The notes beneath the pieces were generated by a model, which worked only from the letters and a program-made list of their open reading frames with translations, was not told the DNA's origin and made no database searches. From Picochlorum sp. SENEW3 (taxonomy: Eukaryota), in NCBI GenBank assembly GCA_034226945.1, contig CP120460.1:1-64000 (forward strand): 64,000 nt of DNA. The letters run 5' to 3'. The stretch's first letter is position 1; each line of letters opens with the position of its first letter. The translations under genes and the position numbers were made by a program. This document shows positions 1-11,721 of this stretch, piece by piece.

Positions 1-31
1 ATCAGTATGCTTCGTTCAGTTACGTATTGCT
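1..31 (+). other. Untrimmed Oxford Nanopore ligation adapter remnant (assembly artefact)
   Basis: CTTCGTTCAGTTACGTATTGCT (10-31) matches the 3' part of the ONT Y-adapter top strand AATGTACTTCGTTCAGTTACGTATTGCT, and it sits at the very start of the window. Confidence 0.92.
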
Positions 32-49
32 CCCTATACCCTATACCCT
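32..49 (+). repeat. Telomere-like heptamer CCCTATA x2.5 (one-base variant of chlorophyte CCCTAAA)
   Basis: CCCTATA CCCTATA CCCT lies directly after the adapter, followed by a strongly A/C-rich plus strand. The copy number is very low. Confidence 0.35.
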
Positions 50-339
50 GTGCATACCGTCGTTCTTGGCAGGAGGGTAATGAGGGTAAATAAGCCAATA
101 TCAACCACACTGCCACACTGCCACGCGACAAATAAACACAATTTCCTAATAATACAAAAATAATCTATCATAAAAACAAAAACATCACAAAAATCCAAAA
201 TAAATCCAAAAAAAACAACCCCAACAAGACCAAAATACCCTAACCAAAAAAAACACACACCAACCAAAACAACAAAAATATACAACATATGAAAGAAGAA
301 GAATTATAATAAGAAGCACCCTTATATATACAGCAACAA

Positions 340-2225
340 GGACAAAAAAGACACGGCACACAACAAGATCTGCTCCTCCTACTACACCAAAAGAAACAGC
401 AGACCAACAAAGACGACGCAAAGCAATCGAAAGAAAATAGCTCATAATACTCCTCATTGATAATGATAATGATAAGAACATACACAACAACAATCGACAC
501 GACCAAGCAACCAACAATAACAGGAACAGGACACAACAGAACCAAACACACAACAAGAGAAGAGAACAACCTGGAGAGAGATAGGATAGACTCACAGACA
601 ACATCTGAGAGATTGAGAGAGAGAGGTGTAATAGTAATAGTAGTAGTAGTATAATATATGAAAAAAATAAATAAATAAATAAAAGACATGAAAACGAGAA
701 AGAATGAAAAACGTATTGTCTTTGTTTCACAACAACAACAAGCACTACTAGAGGAACCAACCTCACACCGATGGTTTTGGAGTTTTTCAGTAGCTTATCA
801 TACAAGAAGGCACGCGTACGTACTTATGTACTTGAACGTCGACTTCATGAGGAGTCGCAATGAGGATAGTATATATACAATCGCGACGCTTCTTTGGAAA
901 AGGAAGACCTCGTTGGGTTACAGTACAGCAAAGAAGAAGAAAGACCAACACAAAAGCAAAGCAAAGCAAAATCAAAAGATAAAAATCTCATTATGGTACG
1001 ATAATGACACAACGACAATCTATACCCTATACTAGGCTATGCATGAATGAGAAGAATCTCTGTCATCTTCTTCTTCTTCTTCTTCACAACAACAACAACA
1101 GAAGGACACAATATTAAGGTAAGAGAGAGTAAGTAAGTAAGAACAAGAAGAAGAAGAATACCAATAAAAATAATAATAATACACACCATAATTGAAAAAA
1201 ACGTCGCACACCCAGTGCAAAACAACAAAGAGGTCTGCTGCCACATGTCTGAAGAAGAGGGAGCTTCTGGGAACAAGAAGAATGGCGATCTTCCCATCAC
1301 CCCTTGACTTGACTGAGACCACCACCAAAAATATACCAACCAAACCAATCAAAAGAGGGTGTTGTATAATTAAAAAAACAGAACTCCTCATCAAAGTGTC
1401 GCACACCACGTGAAACAACTCTTCCTCGGACACCACACACCACAAGATCTGCTATTGCTACTATTGCTGCTGCTACAACACGAGACAACACACCAACAAA
1501 GAAGAAGCAAAGCAGTCAAAAAAGAAGAAAGTAAATATCTCATAATAACAGTAGTAGTAGTAGTAATAATAATAACATGTACAACAATCCACACAAGCAA
1601 TAATACCAACCAATAATAACAGGACAGAACAAAGCACACAAGTCTCATGCACACAAGTAGAAGAACAACCTGGAGCGACCCTACAGAGACAACATGTGAG
1701 ATTCTCTAGAGAAAGAGTTATAATAATACCTGTGAAATGAATAAATAAGGAAAAGACATCATGAAACAAGAATGAAATGGAAACAAATCGTCGTCTTCAC
1801 AACAACAACAACAAGCAAGCAAGCTGTGGCAAGCACTGGAGTAGCCTTGCACCAATGCTGGAAGTATCACATGGTCTTACTTCATGAGGAGTTGCAATTA
1901 GATTAGTAGGATACAACTGCGACGCTTCTTTGAATGAGGGAGATCTCGTCGTGTTTATGTTGCTGCCAAGAAAGCAGGCTTTTTTCACAGCTCTCCTCCT
2001 GGACAGCTGGCTGTGTGTGTGCTCCACATCCACTCCCATCAAAATATGTCTTCGATGGAGAGAGCTGTGAATACCAAAAAAAATCACGATATATCCTCGG
2101 TCAAACCTCTTGTGTGATGGGATGGGAAGAAGAATGAAAAACATGCCACCATAAAGCACGCTGAGTGTGCCCGAGCGGTCTCATGGTCGTCCTTTTTTAT
2201 TGTCCTCATTGACGGACGGACACTC
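340..2225. repeat. Low-complexity A/C-rich segmental repeat block 1 (internal ~550-bp units at ~346-912 and ~1428-1952)
   Basis: Shared anchors recur within the block: ACAAGATCTGCT, CAACCTGGAG, ACTTCATGAGGAGT and GCGACGCTTCTTTG. (CAA)n, (TAG)n and (TAA)n tracts are interspersed. Confidence 0.85.
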
Positions 2226-3000
2226 CTTTTTAGAAGAAACATGGCAGACCTCATCGCTGATGTGACATCCCTGCGTTATAAATGCACCATTTGGCACCTT
2301 CCATAGTTTCTTTGGATACATGTAAGATTTGGCAGGACGTCAGATGTGACCCGAAACAGAAAACGCACTCAGCCACTTTCTTGCACATCATGTGGCCTCG
2401 GTGATCCCACACCCTTGCCACTCACCGGCAGTGTAGAGCAGCATTGGTTGGTGTTGGTTAATTGGACAACAAAAAAAATTGAAGGCCATTTCAGTCGGTG
2501 CCGAGTCGAATGGATCTCATCCACCGACGTTGTTCGATTCCGATCGCGTCGCGACGGTTGGGACGAAGACGCCCAGAATCGTTCCTTTGTGGGCATAGTG
2601 GAGCGTCATTCTTGCTTTAAAAATATATATTAGTCAAAAGAGCCGACGACTGACCACCACGGAGCACAAGAGGGTTACAACAACAGCCGTTCCACGGGAA
2701 TGTCATGACAACACTCGCAACGGTGCCAACAGGCCACGAACTCTTGTCCTAGTGGCTCCCACCCTCTATCTTATGTTAATATATAGTTCTCCCTCCAGCA
2801 ATCAAAGTCACACGCGTTGCTTTGTTCAGAGGTTGTTGCGAATTCTGGTGTGAACGTTGGTGAATGCGACGCGAACTCGCCTACTGCTGCTGTCAAGGGA
2901 TGATGGAAAAGCTCTTTGCACCGCTAGTTCTTCTCATGAAGTCCATACGAGATGCCTAAAGTCGGCAAACCACGGGTAAAAGCTCTCAGCCTTCCTGTCT

Positions 3001-3630
3001 GGGACATGTGCGAATTGAACACTTTGCGCAGAGCTGCAGGCTCGCCATCCCGTGATAGACCCCATCCATCCCCTCCATAGGTATCGTACATGTCTCGAAA
3101 TGAGGCGAGGACGGCGAGAAGGACCTGACAACGCCTGGAGGATACTCCCCCTTGAAACATGTGCGAATTGAACACTTTGCGCAGAGCTGCAGGCTCGCCA
3201 TCGCGTGATAGACCCCATCCATCCCCTCCATAGGTATCGTACATGTCTCAAAATGCGGCGAGGATGCCAAGGAGGACCTGAGAAGGCCTGGATGACACCA
3301 CACCTCGGGACATGTGCGAATTGAACACTTTGTGCAGAGCTGCAGGCTCGCCAGGGCGTGATAGACCCCAGCCATCCCCTCCATAGGTATCGTACATGTC
3401 TCGAAATGCGGCGAGGATGCCGAGGAGGACCTTACAGGACCTCACGGGCGCTGCAGGGCACTCGACTGTGGGACGTGTGCGACTGGAAAAAAACTTTGTG
3501 CAGAGCTGCAGCCTCGCCAGGGCGTGCTGGACCCCGTCCCGCCCCTCCACAGGGACCGCATATATCCCGAAATGCGGCGAGGAGGGCGGGGAGGCGAAAA
3601 AACGCCCGGCCAGGAGGCGTTGGGGGGCCC
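3001..3630. repeat. 153-bp tandem satellite, ~4 copies (unit starts 3004, 3157, 3310, 3473)
   Basis: ACATGTGCGAATTGAACACTTTG.GCAGAGCTGCAGGCTCGCCA recurs at spacings of 153, 153 and 163 bp. The fourth copy is diverged and more GC-rich. Confidence 0.92.
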
Positions 3631-3899
3631 CGACCGCCGAAAATACCCTAAGGAGCTCGCGAGGGCCCATTGCCCTAATCGTCCGCCGCGTCCTCTGAAG
3701 TGGATCGAGAGGCCCGGTCGATGGGCCGGCCGGACCGGAGGGGCGCGACCGCCTCGCCCAGGGCCCCGCGGCCCGCGTGCGAGATGCGACGGACCCACTC
3801 GGAACAACACCAAAAGAACGAGAATATACAATACAATATCAACAAGAAGAATAAGTAGTATAATAAGCACCTATACTATATATACAACAACAACAACAA

Positions 3900-5430
3900 C
3901 GACAACAACAAAAGACACGGCATACCACAAGCTCTGCTACTACTACTGCTCCTCCTCCTCCTCCTACTACTACAACAACAAGAGAAGACAACAACAACAG
4001 CAACCAACACAAAAGCAAAGCAAAGCAAAACCAAAATCAAAAGATACAAATCTCATAATAATCATAATGACACAACAACAATCTATACTATGCTATGCAT
4101 GAATGAAAAGAATCTCTGTCTTCTTCTTCACAACAGCAACAACAACAACAACAGAAGGACACAATATTAAGTAAGTAAGTAAGAAGAATACCAATAATAA
4201 TAATAATAATATAAAAACACCCATCAGTAAAAAAAACGTCGCACACCCAGGGCAAAACAACAAACAGGTCTGCTGCCACATGTCTGAAGAAGAGGGAGCA
4301 TCTCGGAACAACAAGAATGGCGATCTTCCCGTCATCATCACCACCCCTTGACTTCTTAAAGGACTTGACTGGGACCACCACCAAAAAAATACCAACCAAA
4401 CCAAGCAAGGGTGTCTAAAACAGCCACCCCACACAACAACAACAACAACAATACAATAAATCAACAACCATCCAGCATTCACACCACCACCACTACTACT
4501 ACTGCTGCTGCTATAATAACACGAGACAACACACCAACAAACAAAGAAGCAAAGCAATCAAAAGAAGAAGAAAGTAAATATCTCATAATAGTAGTAATAA
4601 TGTAATAATGATAATAACATGCACAACAACAATCGACATGAGCAATAATAGCAACCAATAATAACAGAACACAACAAAGCACACAAGTCTCATGCACACA
4701 AGAAGAACAACCTGGAGCTCGACTCACAGACAACATGTGAGATAGAGAAAGAGTTTATTATATAAGAGTTAGAATAATAACTGTGAAATGAATATATAAG
4801 GAAAAGACATCATGGAACAAGAATGAAATGAAAACAAATCGTCGTCTTCACAACAAGGTGGTGCCATGAAGTCTGTCTCCACAAAGAACAACAGCGACAA
4901 GAAGACCAGAGAGAGGTATAATAAGAAGTATATGAAAAGAATAAATAAACAAGAGACAGGAAAGGAGAAAAAGAATGAAAGGAAATCGTCTTCTTCACAA
5001 CAACAACAACAACAAGAACCAAGCTGTGGCAAGCACTAGAGTAGCGTTGCAGCAGTTACAATGCTGAAGCAACTACTATCAGTATCATCATCATGCATGG
5101 AACGCTTACTTAGACTTCATGAGTTGCAATGAGGATAGAATAGTAGTAGGATAGTAATATATATATACAATTGCGACGCTTCTTTGGGGAAGATCTCGTC
5201 GTGTTTAAAGACTGTTCCACAGCTCTATCCTCCTCCACCTGTGTGTGCTCCGTATCCAGGCTCCCATCAGAAGAGGTGTTTGATGGAGGAGAGAACTACA
5301 CTGCCGGTCAAACGTCCCTTGTGATGGGAGATGAAAAAAGCCACAAAAAGCACGCTGAGTGTGGCCGAGCGGATAAAGCGTGTGGTTTCATGGTCGTCCT
5401 TTTTTATTGTCCTCATTTACGGATGGACAC
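3900..5430. repeat. Low-complexity segmental repeat block 2 (diverged copy of ~950-2225)
   Basis: Collinear shared anchors with block 1: CAGAAGGACACAATATTAAG, AAAAAACGTCGCACACCCAG, TCTGCTGCCACATGTCTGAAGAAGAGGGAGC, AAGCTGTGGCAAGCACT and TCATGGTCGTCCTTTTTTATTGTCCTCATT. Confidence 0.88.
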
Positions 5431-7119
5431 GCCTCGCGAGAAAAGAAAAGAGGCCGACCTTACTGATCGGTCCAATACTCTGTCGGACCGATGCCTTCAG
5501 TCTATCTACCCCTCCCGATGGAGACAAGACCTTTGACGAGATACCTCTTCTGCTACTACACCTTTTGTTCTTCTTCTTCTCTACAACTATTACTGTCGGT
5601 TTACTAAAAACAAACAACAATAGTTACTGCTGTTGCTGCTCTAGAGGTAGAAACAACGAAACAACGAAGAGAGTAGTAGTAATAGCAATAGCACACAATG
5701 TGTGCTCACCCACCATCCACAGACTCAACCCAATTAAACAGCTTCAAACATATCTCCACACACACTGATTCGTGGATTCAGAAAACACAACAATAACACG
5801 AATAATAAAAAAATATGTTCTAATCGATCTATTCTATCGTATGGTAAGTAGAACAACTTGTGAATACAGGATGGATGTGGACATTCACACATATGCACAG
5901 AGATCTGTTGGGAATCATGCAACACCCCCTGCTGTCCTGACACGCGACTGCTTTTTGAGCAGTATTTCTAGTAGTATGTCATATCCTTGTACAAAATGAA
6001 CAGAACAAAAGATATATAGCAGAATCAATCTGGTTTTGATTGAAATGATAGGTGTTGTCTGTCCACCACACACTATTAGGGAATCTGGCCACCACAGGAG
6101 CTGCTCTGACCTGGATGAATGAATGTAGGAGCTACAACTACTACAGAAGAAAAAAAAGAAAGGCTTCTCTGCTACACAACGATCAACATTCAAAAGTAAA
6201 ACATCGAGAACAAAGAAAATTTATTATCATGCGTTTGTATACCAGTCAACAACATTGAACGGAATGTAATAGAACAACAATACAAAAAGAGCCTGTGACA
6301 AGAAAGGAGGTGAGCTCACCCTCAATAGGTTGGTTGTTGAATGGGGCTCTACTAGTATTTGACACCTTGTCGAATAGTCGAGATTCCAAAGGCAGCCAAG
6401 CAACAAGAACAAGAAAAGGAGTTGAGAAGATTGCAACAGCAGGCACAGACTCAAACCGAGGCAAGAAAAAAACAAGCCACGAGCCAGGCTTGCAGGACAA
6501 ATCGATCCATCTGTTCGAAAAAGAAAAGAAAAATTAAGAGCGGAAAGCACACAGGGAAAGTGCAACGTTCGACGACAAACAAAGGGGTAGTTTCACCACA
6601 AGAGGCCCAGAGGTGCATCCCACAACCACCCGCTGGCTTGGTTTTCTTTCGTCTGTCGTTTCCTTGACTTGATTCGATACTATTTTTAAATGTTGGATTG
6701 ACACGTGTAATGTACAATCAATACTGCGCAGAGAAATGGTGGGACTCAGGGTCGGTCCACATGAGAGTCCACATGAGAATGGATGGATGTCCACATGCTA
6801 CACAACACAATGGTCCATCTGCCCCTCAGATGGACCGTCCATCCATAGCCTTAGAATGTATGCGTACATTGCCAAACCACCACGATGACACACGATGATT
6901 GCATACATAGCACTATTGTATTTCAGCAAGGGAGGTAGAAAAGACCTTGGCCATATCAACCCGACCTACAGCCATGGGCCATGACACCTCAGTGACCGAG
7001 GTAGTGCAACGAGTAGAAAAAAGTCAGAGCACCATATTTGGCATTAAATATGACCCTCATGATGTATGTAGTGAAATGATACAGGGGTATTCCCGTTTGT
7101 CAATGAGTTGAATGTCCTA

Positions 7120-7800
7120 TCAACACGAATTCCGTTCGCGTCAAGGCTGTTGAGACAAGGAAGCCTGCAGTTGTCACGAAGGGCCACGCTGATTATTTGT
7201 ATATATTCACAATGAACCAAATCTATCACCACCGTATGACCACCACGTCCACAGAGTGAGAGAGAGAGTGAGAAAGGGGTCCCCAACAGGTTCACGGGAA
7301 TGCCATTGACAGGTCTGGAGAGCCAAGACGAAGTTCTCCTCCGGGTGGGTTTCTGTACGAATCACTCGTTGATTGTTATTTCACAATATCGCTGAATCAA
7401 ATTAAGGAGACGGCAGACTACTCCAAACCTCAAGAAAGCGAATGGTTGTGAGTGTTGCCAAGAATGCCAACGAAAGCCAAAGCTGCTAATTGCGAGCATC
7501 TGTCGTCGCCACGCAAAACTGTGGACACATAAACCATGTAACAGGTTAATGGTGGTGTTTATTACTCTTCAAGAGGAGGAGGAGTACTTGATGGGAGCGG
7601 AGTAGAGGAGAGTCTGTGTGTTGGTCTCACTGACAGTGTCCGCTCCTGGCATCCATTCGACCGGAGATATCACGCCTGGCACGCTCGTCGTCTCTGTCCG
7701 TAAAAGACACAATAAAAAAGGCGACCACGCGACAAAAGTGGACAGTTCTGACACCAGCGTGGAAATTTTTGATAGCACAATGGTCCGGTCCGTCGACCCG
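7120..7800 (+). repeat. Diverged ~650-bp direct repeat, copy A (copy B at ~17075-17680)
   Basis: Shared anchors AATTCCGTTCGCGTCA, GGGTTTCTG, GTGTCCGCTCCTG.CATCCATTCGACCGGAGA, GTCCGTAAAA and AAAAGTGGACAGTT occur in the same order in both copies. Confidence 0.8.
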
Positions 7801-7846
7801 TTGGATGGTAGTAGAATAAGTCACTTTGACTCAACTCTACTCTTTT

Positions 7847-10800
7847 GGACCCGATTCGTTAGGGCGGGAGGGACGTTACGCATTTTCTCTCTCTACAGTC
7901 CATTATATTTCCTCAAACAAATATATTATTAAACCTTATTTCAATGCGCAGATTTTGGTATTACTTTGAGGCACAATGATGCACTGTACGCGAAGAACGA
8001 GGCTATCGAGTGGAAATGGCTCCGTTTGCCCGGTCGCCTCTACCCGTTGATGGGCGTAGATGTCCAAAACGCATAATGCTCAAACCTTTATCGTGAAAAC
8101 AACAACGATTACCAGCAAAACCATTGTTCATCATGCTCTCGGGTTGCCATGGCCAAGAAAACTTTGTAGTTGAGATAATGTTTTACCATGGCCACGTTGG
8201 ATCCCACTGATCTAGAAGTTCACCTCGCTCTTGGGTTTGAAAACTTGTGCGAATTCCTTCGGAACAAAATGCGACGGCATGGACTCAACAAGAGCACGTG
8301 GGTAGCTGAAAAATTCAAAATTGTTGAAAGTAATTGGAGAAGTGCTACGTTTTAGATCACTGCGTGGTTAATACGGACGTGTTACCAGGTCTTCTGCTCA
8401 TGTGTTTCGAACACCCAGTCTTCGACACTCAGGCAAGAATAGCCACAGAGATGACCATGAATGAAATATTACAGCCAAATAATCGATTATTGACACAAAT
8501 ATCTTGGATAACGCGCTGGAACGCGTGTAGATGAACCAATGGAACTCTTCTGCAGAAGCTTCTGGCCTTATGGCCAAGGCCAACCTTTGGAATGAAACTG
8601 TACTCTGAGACAGCAAAAGACCGTGATGGTGGCCAAAACAATTGATAGCCCTGAAGTAAATTCATATATTTTATTTAATATGATGAAAATTATCTTGCTC
8701 CGTTAGATGCAGTACGTACTGTATACAGTTGAGGATCAAGTGATCATCATCAGTCACTTGCTCTGACAAGAATCTCCATTGTGCATAGTCCTGCGGGTGA
8801 TCTGATGCTGCGAGTGGCTGATACCTTGCTGGATGATATTGAACGATGGTTCAGTGCGAAAGAGGGTGAGCTGACGAGGGCTGGGACATGTTGCAAAACG
8901 TCAGAGTCTCCAGCTGAAGAAGGTGGTGTGACACTTCATTTGAATGACTGAAGTTGACACAAATTGAAAGAGGAGACGAGAAAAACAATTCTGTTGCATT
9001 TTGTAATCACTTGATAAGCATTTACCAGCAAATGGATCCAAATTGCGTTCCTAACGAGGCTTTCAATGGGTGTTGGTTTGCCGGTTGGATGCCCACCAAT
9101 CAGTGGGCACTCGCGATGTGCAGTTTATATTAAAAATTCGCCTCCATCGAATCTTGTGCTATATATTGCTAGCTTATGGGGTTCTTGCTCGATGAAATCT
9201 CACGCTAAGATTCATCTCATTTGGCACCCACATAGCATGAGACAGATTTTGAACTCAACAGGGTTCCAGAGTTCCATGGCAAAGATATTCGGTAAAAATG
9301 CACAATCCTAGAAGTATCTGCACAGTTACATGTACAGATGTGCTCGTCGAAAAGTCCTTGGTGATCTGAGGCCAACTCGGAACATCCAAATTTGAATGCG
9401 GAATGACACATCATCAATACAGGCGTAAGGTCATGCCTGAAAGCTCCTCACTTCCATGCCCCAGAAATATTATAAAAGATATTGAGCAGAACGCGTTTCT
9501 TCTGACGATAATCATATATATTGGGCATTCACCAGTTAGAGCTTTGGCGGTGAGAGCACCCAGGAATAAAATTTAGAGCCAAGAATCCATGAAATACACA
9601 ATGCTGTTCATCTGGATCACCTCAAATTGTATAAGAATATAAGAAAGGTCTCAAAAGTGTTTTTTTCTAAAAATAATCTGCACCAAGCCTGCGGAAAACT
9701 CGAAAAATCTAGAGTCCCTCCTCAACCGACTTCTGGTCAAACAATATAATGAGAATTGCGTGCCTTTAGTCGTGGCATCGCCCCCATTTGATACCTCCAC
9801 TGATATATTATCATTCATCATGTGCCTGTCATTCAGCAGAGGGCTATATATCTGAATAGAAGTTGATGCATTTGCTCATGGGTTCCTCACAGTCCATGCA
9901 ATGAATTCTTCGAGGAAAAGGCTCGCACACTGGCCAATATCAACTCTATCCTAATTTCAATACCAAAACGTGTAATTAACAACACAATTTATGCTTGTCG
10001 GGAGCAGCGTTGGCACGGTTGGACCAGTTTCCAGCTCTCGGTCACATTGAAGTTCAGACACTCGCTTCAATTCGTGCATTTAGATCATATACACAAGCCA
10101 CGAGCATTTTGGCGGATTAATACGTTCATGTAGACCATATCACGCGTGAATTCCCATACGCTGAGCCAAGGAAAGCAGTCGACGGGAATCAAGTTGTCCA
10201 ACACAGGAATTTCTCCAGATTCGGCTTGCAGTGCAGATAACTGCGTCCCTCCCCATATAATAGTATTATCATTGTATTTTTTGTGGTGTAGATGGCAAAT
10301 CATGGACAATCGTGGTCACGAGGGACTCGCTACCAATGTCAGAAACGGTTGGAGCATCTGCGCGGTCTCATCCACGACTGACACTCCATTCTGCACACCA
10401 GAAATCGTGTATTAGTATATTTAAAGCACAATTAATGGCCCAACCATGCCAACGCACCGATATACTCGTTCATCGTGCGAGTAACCGCCCGATGTTCGTT
10501 GGTGACTTTCTGCGGAATCGCGCAGGCGTTCTACCAGCCCTACATCTTCTTATAATTATTATTATACGTGATTAATTAAACGCGAGAATTGTTAAGGAAA
10601 ATAAATTAGTGTGGACGACGTGGTGACGATTCTGCGCATGTAACCAACCGTCGGAATCTCCTTTTCCCTTCTACACCTATCAAAAGCATGTCTGGACCGT
10701 GGATTCAGAATCGCCCTGGAAACATTCGCTTCGTTCTCCGCGTACAATGCATCATTTTGCCTTCAACTAATGTCAAAATCTATATATTGATCTGAGGTTT

Positions 10801-10885
10801 AATAATATATTTGTTTGAGGAAATATAATGCATTATGGAGGGAGAAAAGTGCGTAACGTCCCTCCCAGCCTAACGAAGCTATTCC
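7847..10885 (-). mobile_element. Mutator-like (MULE) DNA transposon, degenerate
   Basis: ~155-bp imperfect terminal inverted repeats (7847-8000 and 10731-10885) begin GGA and end TCC. A perfect 9-bp target-site duplication TACTCTTTT lies at 7838-7846 and 10886-10894. Confidence 0.88.
9200..10310 (-). pseudogene. Fragmented MULE transposase remnant
   Basis: Minus-strand fragments read GDATTKGTQFSLYCL (~9745-9785, like the first catalytic D), HCVFH (9589-9603, CxxH motif) and HICTCNC (~9320-9345, SWIM-like). They are separated by stops and frameshifts. Confidence 0.5.
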
Positions 10886-10993
10886 TACTCTTTTCTCTCC
10901 GTAAATGGGAACAATAAAAAAGAGCGACGGTGGTCCAGGGTTCGAGCCCAATTTTTTGGTCAGCAAAAACACTCGGGTGAAATCGTTAAAATT

Positions 10994-11325
10994 TGTAACA
11001 GGGCTCATGGTGACCTGTTACGAGAGGCATGAGGCCATGCTCCCCAGAGCTTCGAGAATGTCCATGAAGCTATACATGCCATGCCCCATTCATATGACGA
11101 TAACTTCTATAACTTCTAAGATATGTATATCGCGAATATATTTAATATAAGGCTCTGACAACATCAAGGCAACCTTCCACTGCTGCCCCACGGGCTATCA
11201 CGACCTCGGGCCCCGCACATGTTTTCACAGTGGTATGACAAAAAGGTAGTGTTGAGGAGTGACACACCTCGACACCTCTGGCGGAACGAGACCTTACCAG
11301 CCACTAGAGATCTCGTCCCGTTACA
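10994..11325 (+). repeat. 5' LTR (332 bp)
   Basis: TG...CA ends; identical by eye to 16540-16871; TATA-like TATATTTAATATAA inside. Confidence 0.97.
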
Positions 11326-11326
11326 A

Positions 11327-11338
11327 TGGTTTCAGCTC
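11327..11338 (+). promoter_or_regulatory. Primer-binding site-like sequence TGGTTTCAGCTC
   Basis: Starts 1 nt after the 5' LTR with TGG (complement of tRNA CCA). The first 9 nt match the tRNA-iMet PBS TGGTATCAG at 8 of 9 positions. Confidence 0.6.
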
Positions 11339-11721
11339 AGTTCTGGACAGGAGAAAAGCTCAGGGGCGGTAATTGTTGGGAATATGGCCATGTGTGGTGT
11401 TCCTGGTCAAGGAGAGGCTATAGAGGGAAAAGGGACACGTCGCCTGTTTTCCTACAAGATTCTGGAAGACGTGTCCAATTCACGCAGATAAAGCCCATGT
11501 TGACGGGAAACACGACACATTTTCAATAATTACCCAAAAAGGTTAATATACGCTTTTTGGAAAAGTGCCATTGTTGGAGACTATCTACTTGTATCATTTG
11601 CTGGTAGACAGTTTATTGCGAAGCATATACATCGAATTGTAGAAGTTCCTATCTCTCCCGTCGTGTGTGAGATAGTTTTCAAAGCAACAAGAATAACAAC
11701 TAAAAAGCAAGAGAGTACATT

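Noticed and set aside
2924..3670. 51-aa repeat proteins, or a CRISPR-like array
   Set aside because: The 153-bp period is divisible by 3, so all frames repeat. There are no unique spacers and no cas genes, and the context is eukaryotic.
34..7000. Dozens of ORFs rich in poly-T/V/L/C/I
   Set aside because: They are translations of microsatellite-rich, strand-skewed repeats. They have no domains, and frames are not conserved between the duplicate copies.
10932..10958. B-box-like GGTTCGAGCCC plus a T-tract upstream of the LTR, suggesting Pol III-targeted insertion
   Set aside because: There is no cloverleaf or correctly spaced A box, and the match is too short to distinguish from chance.
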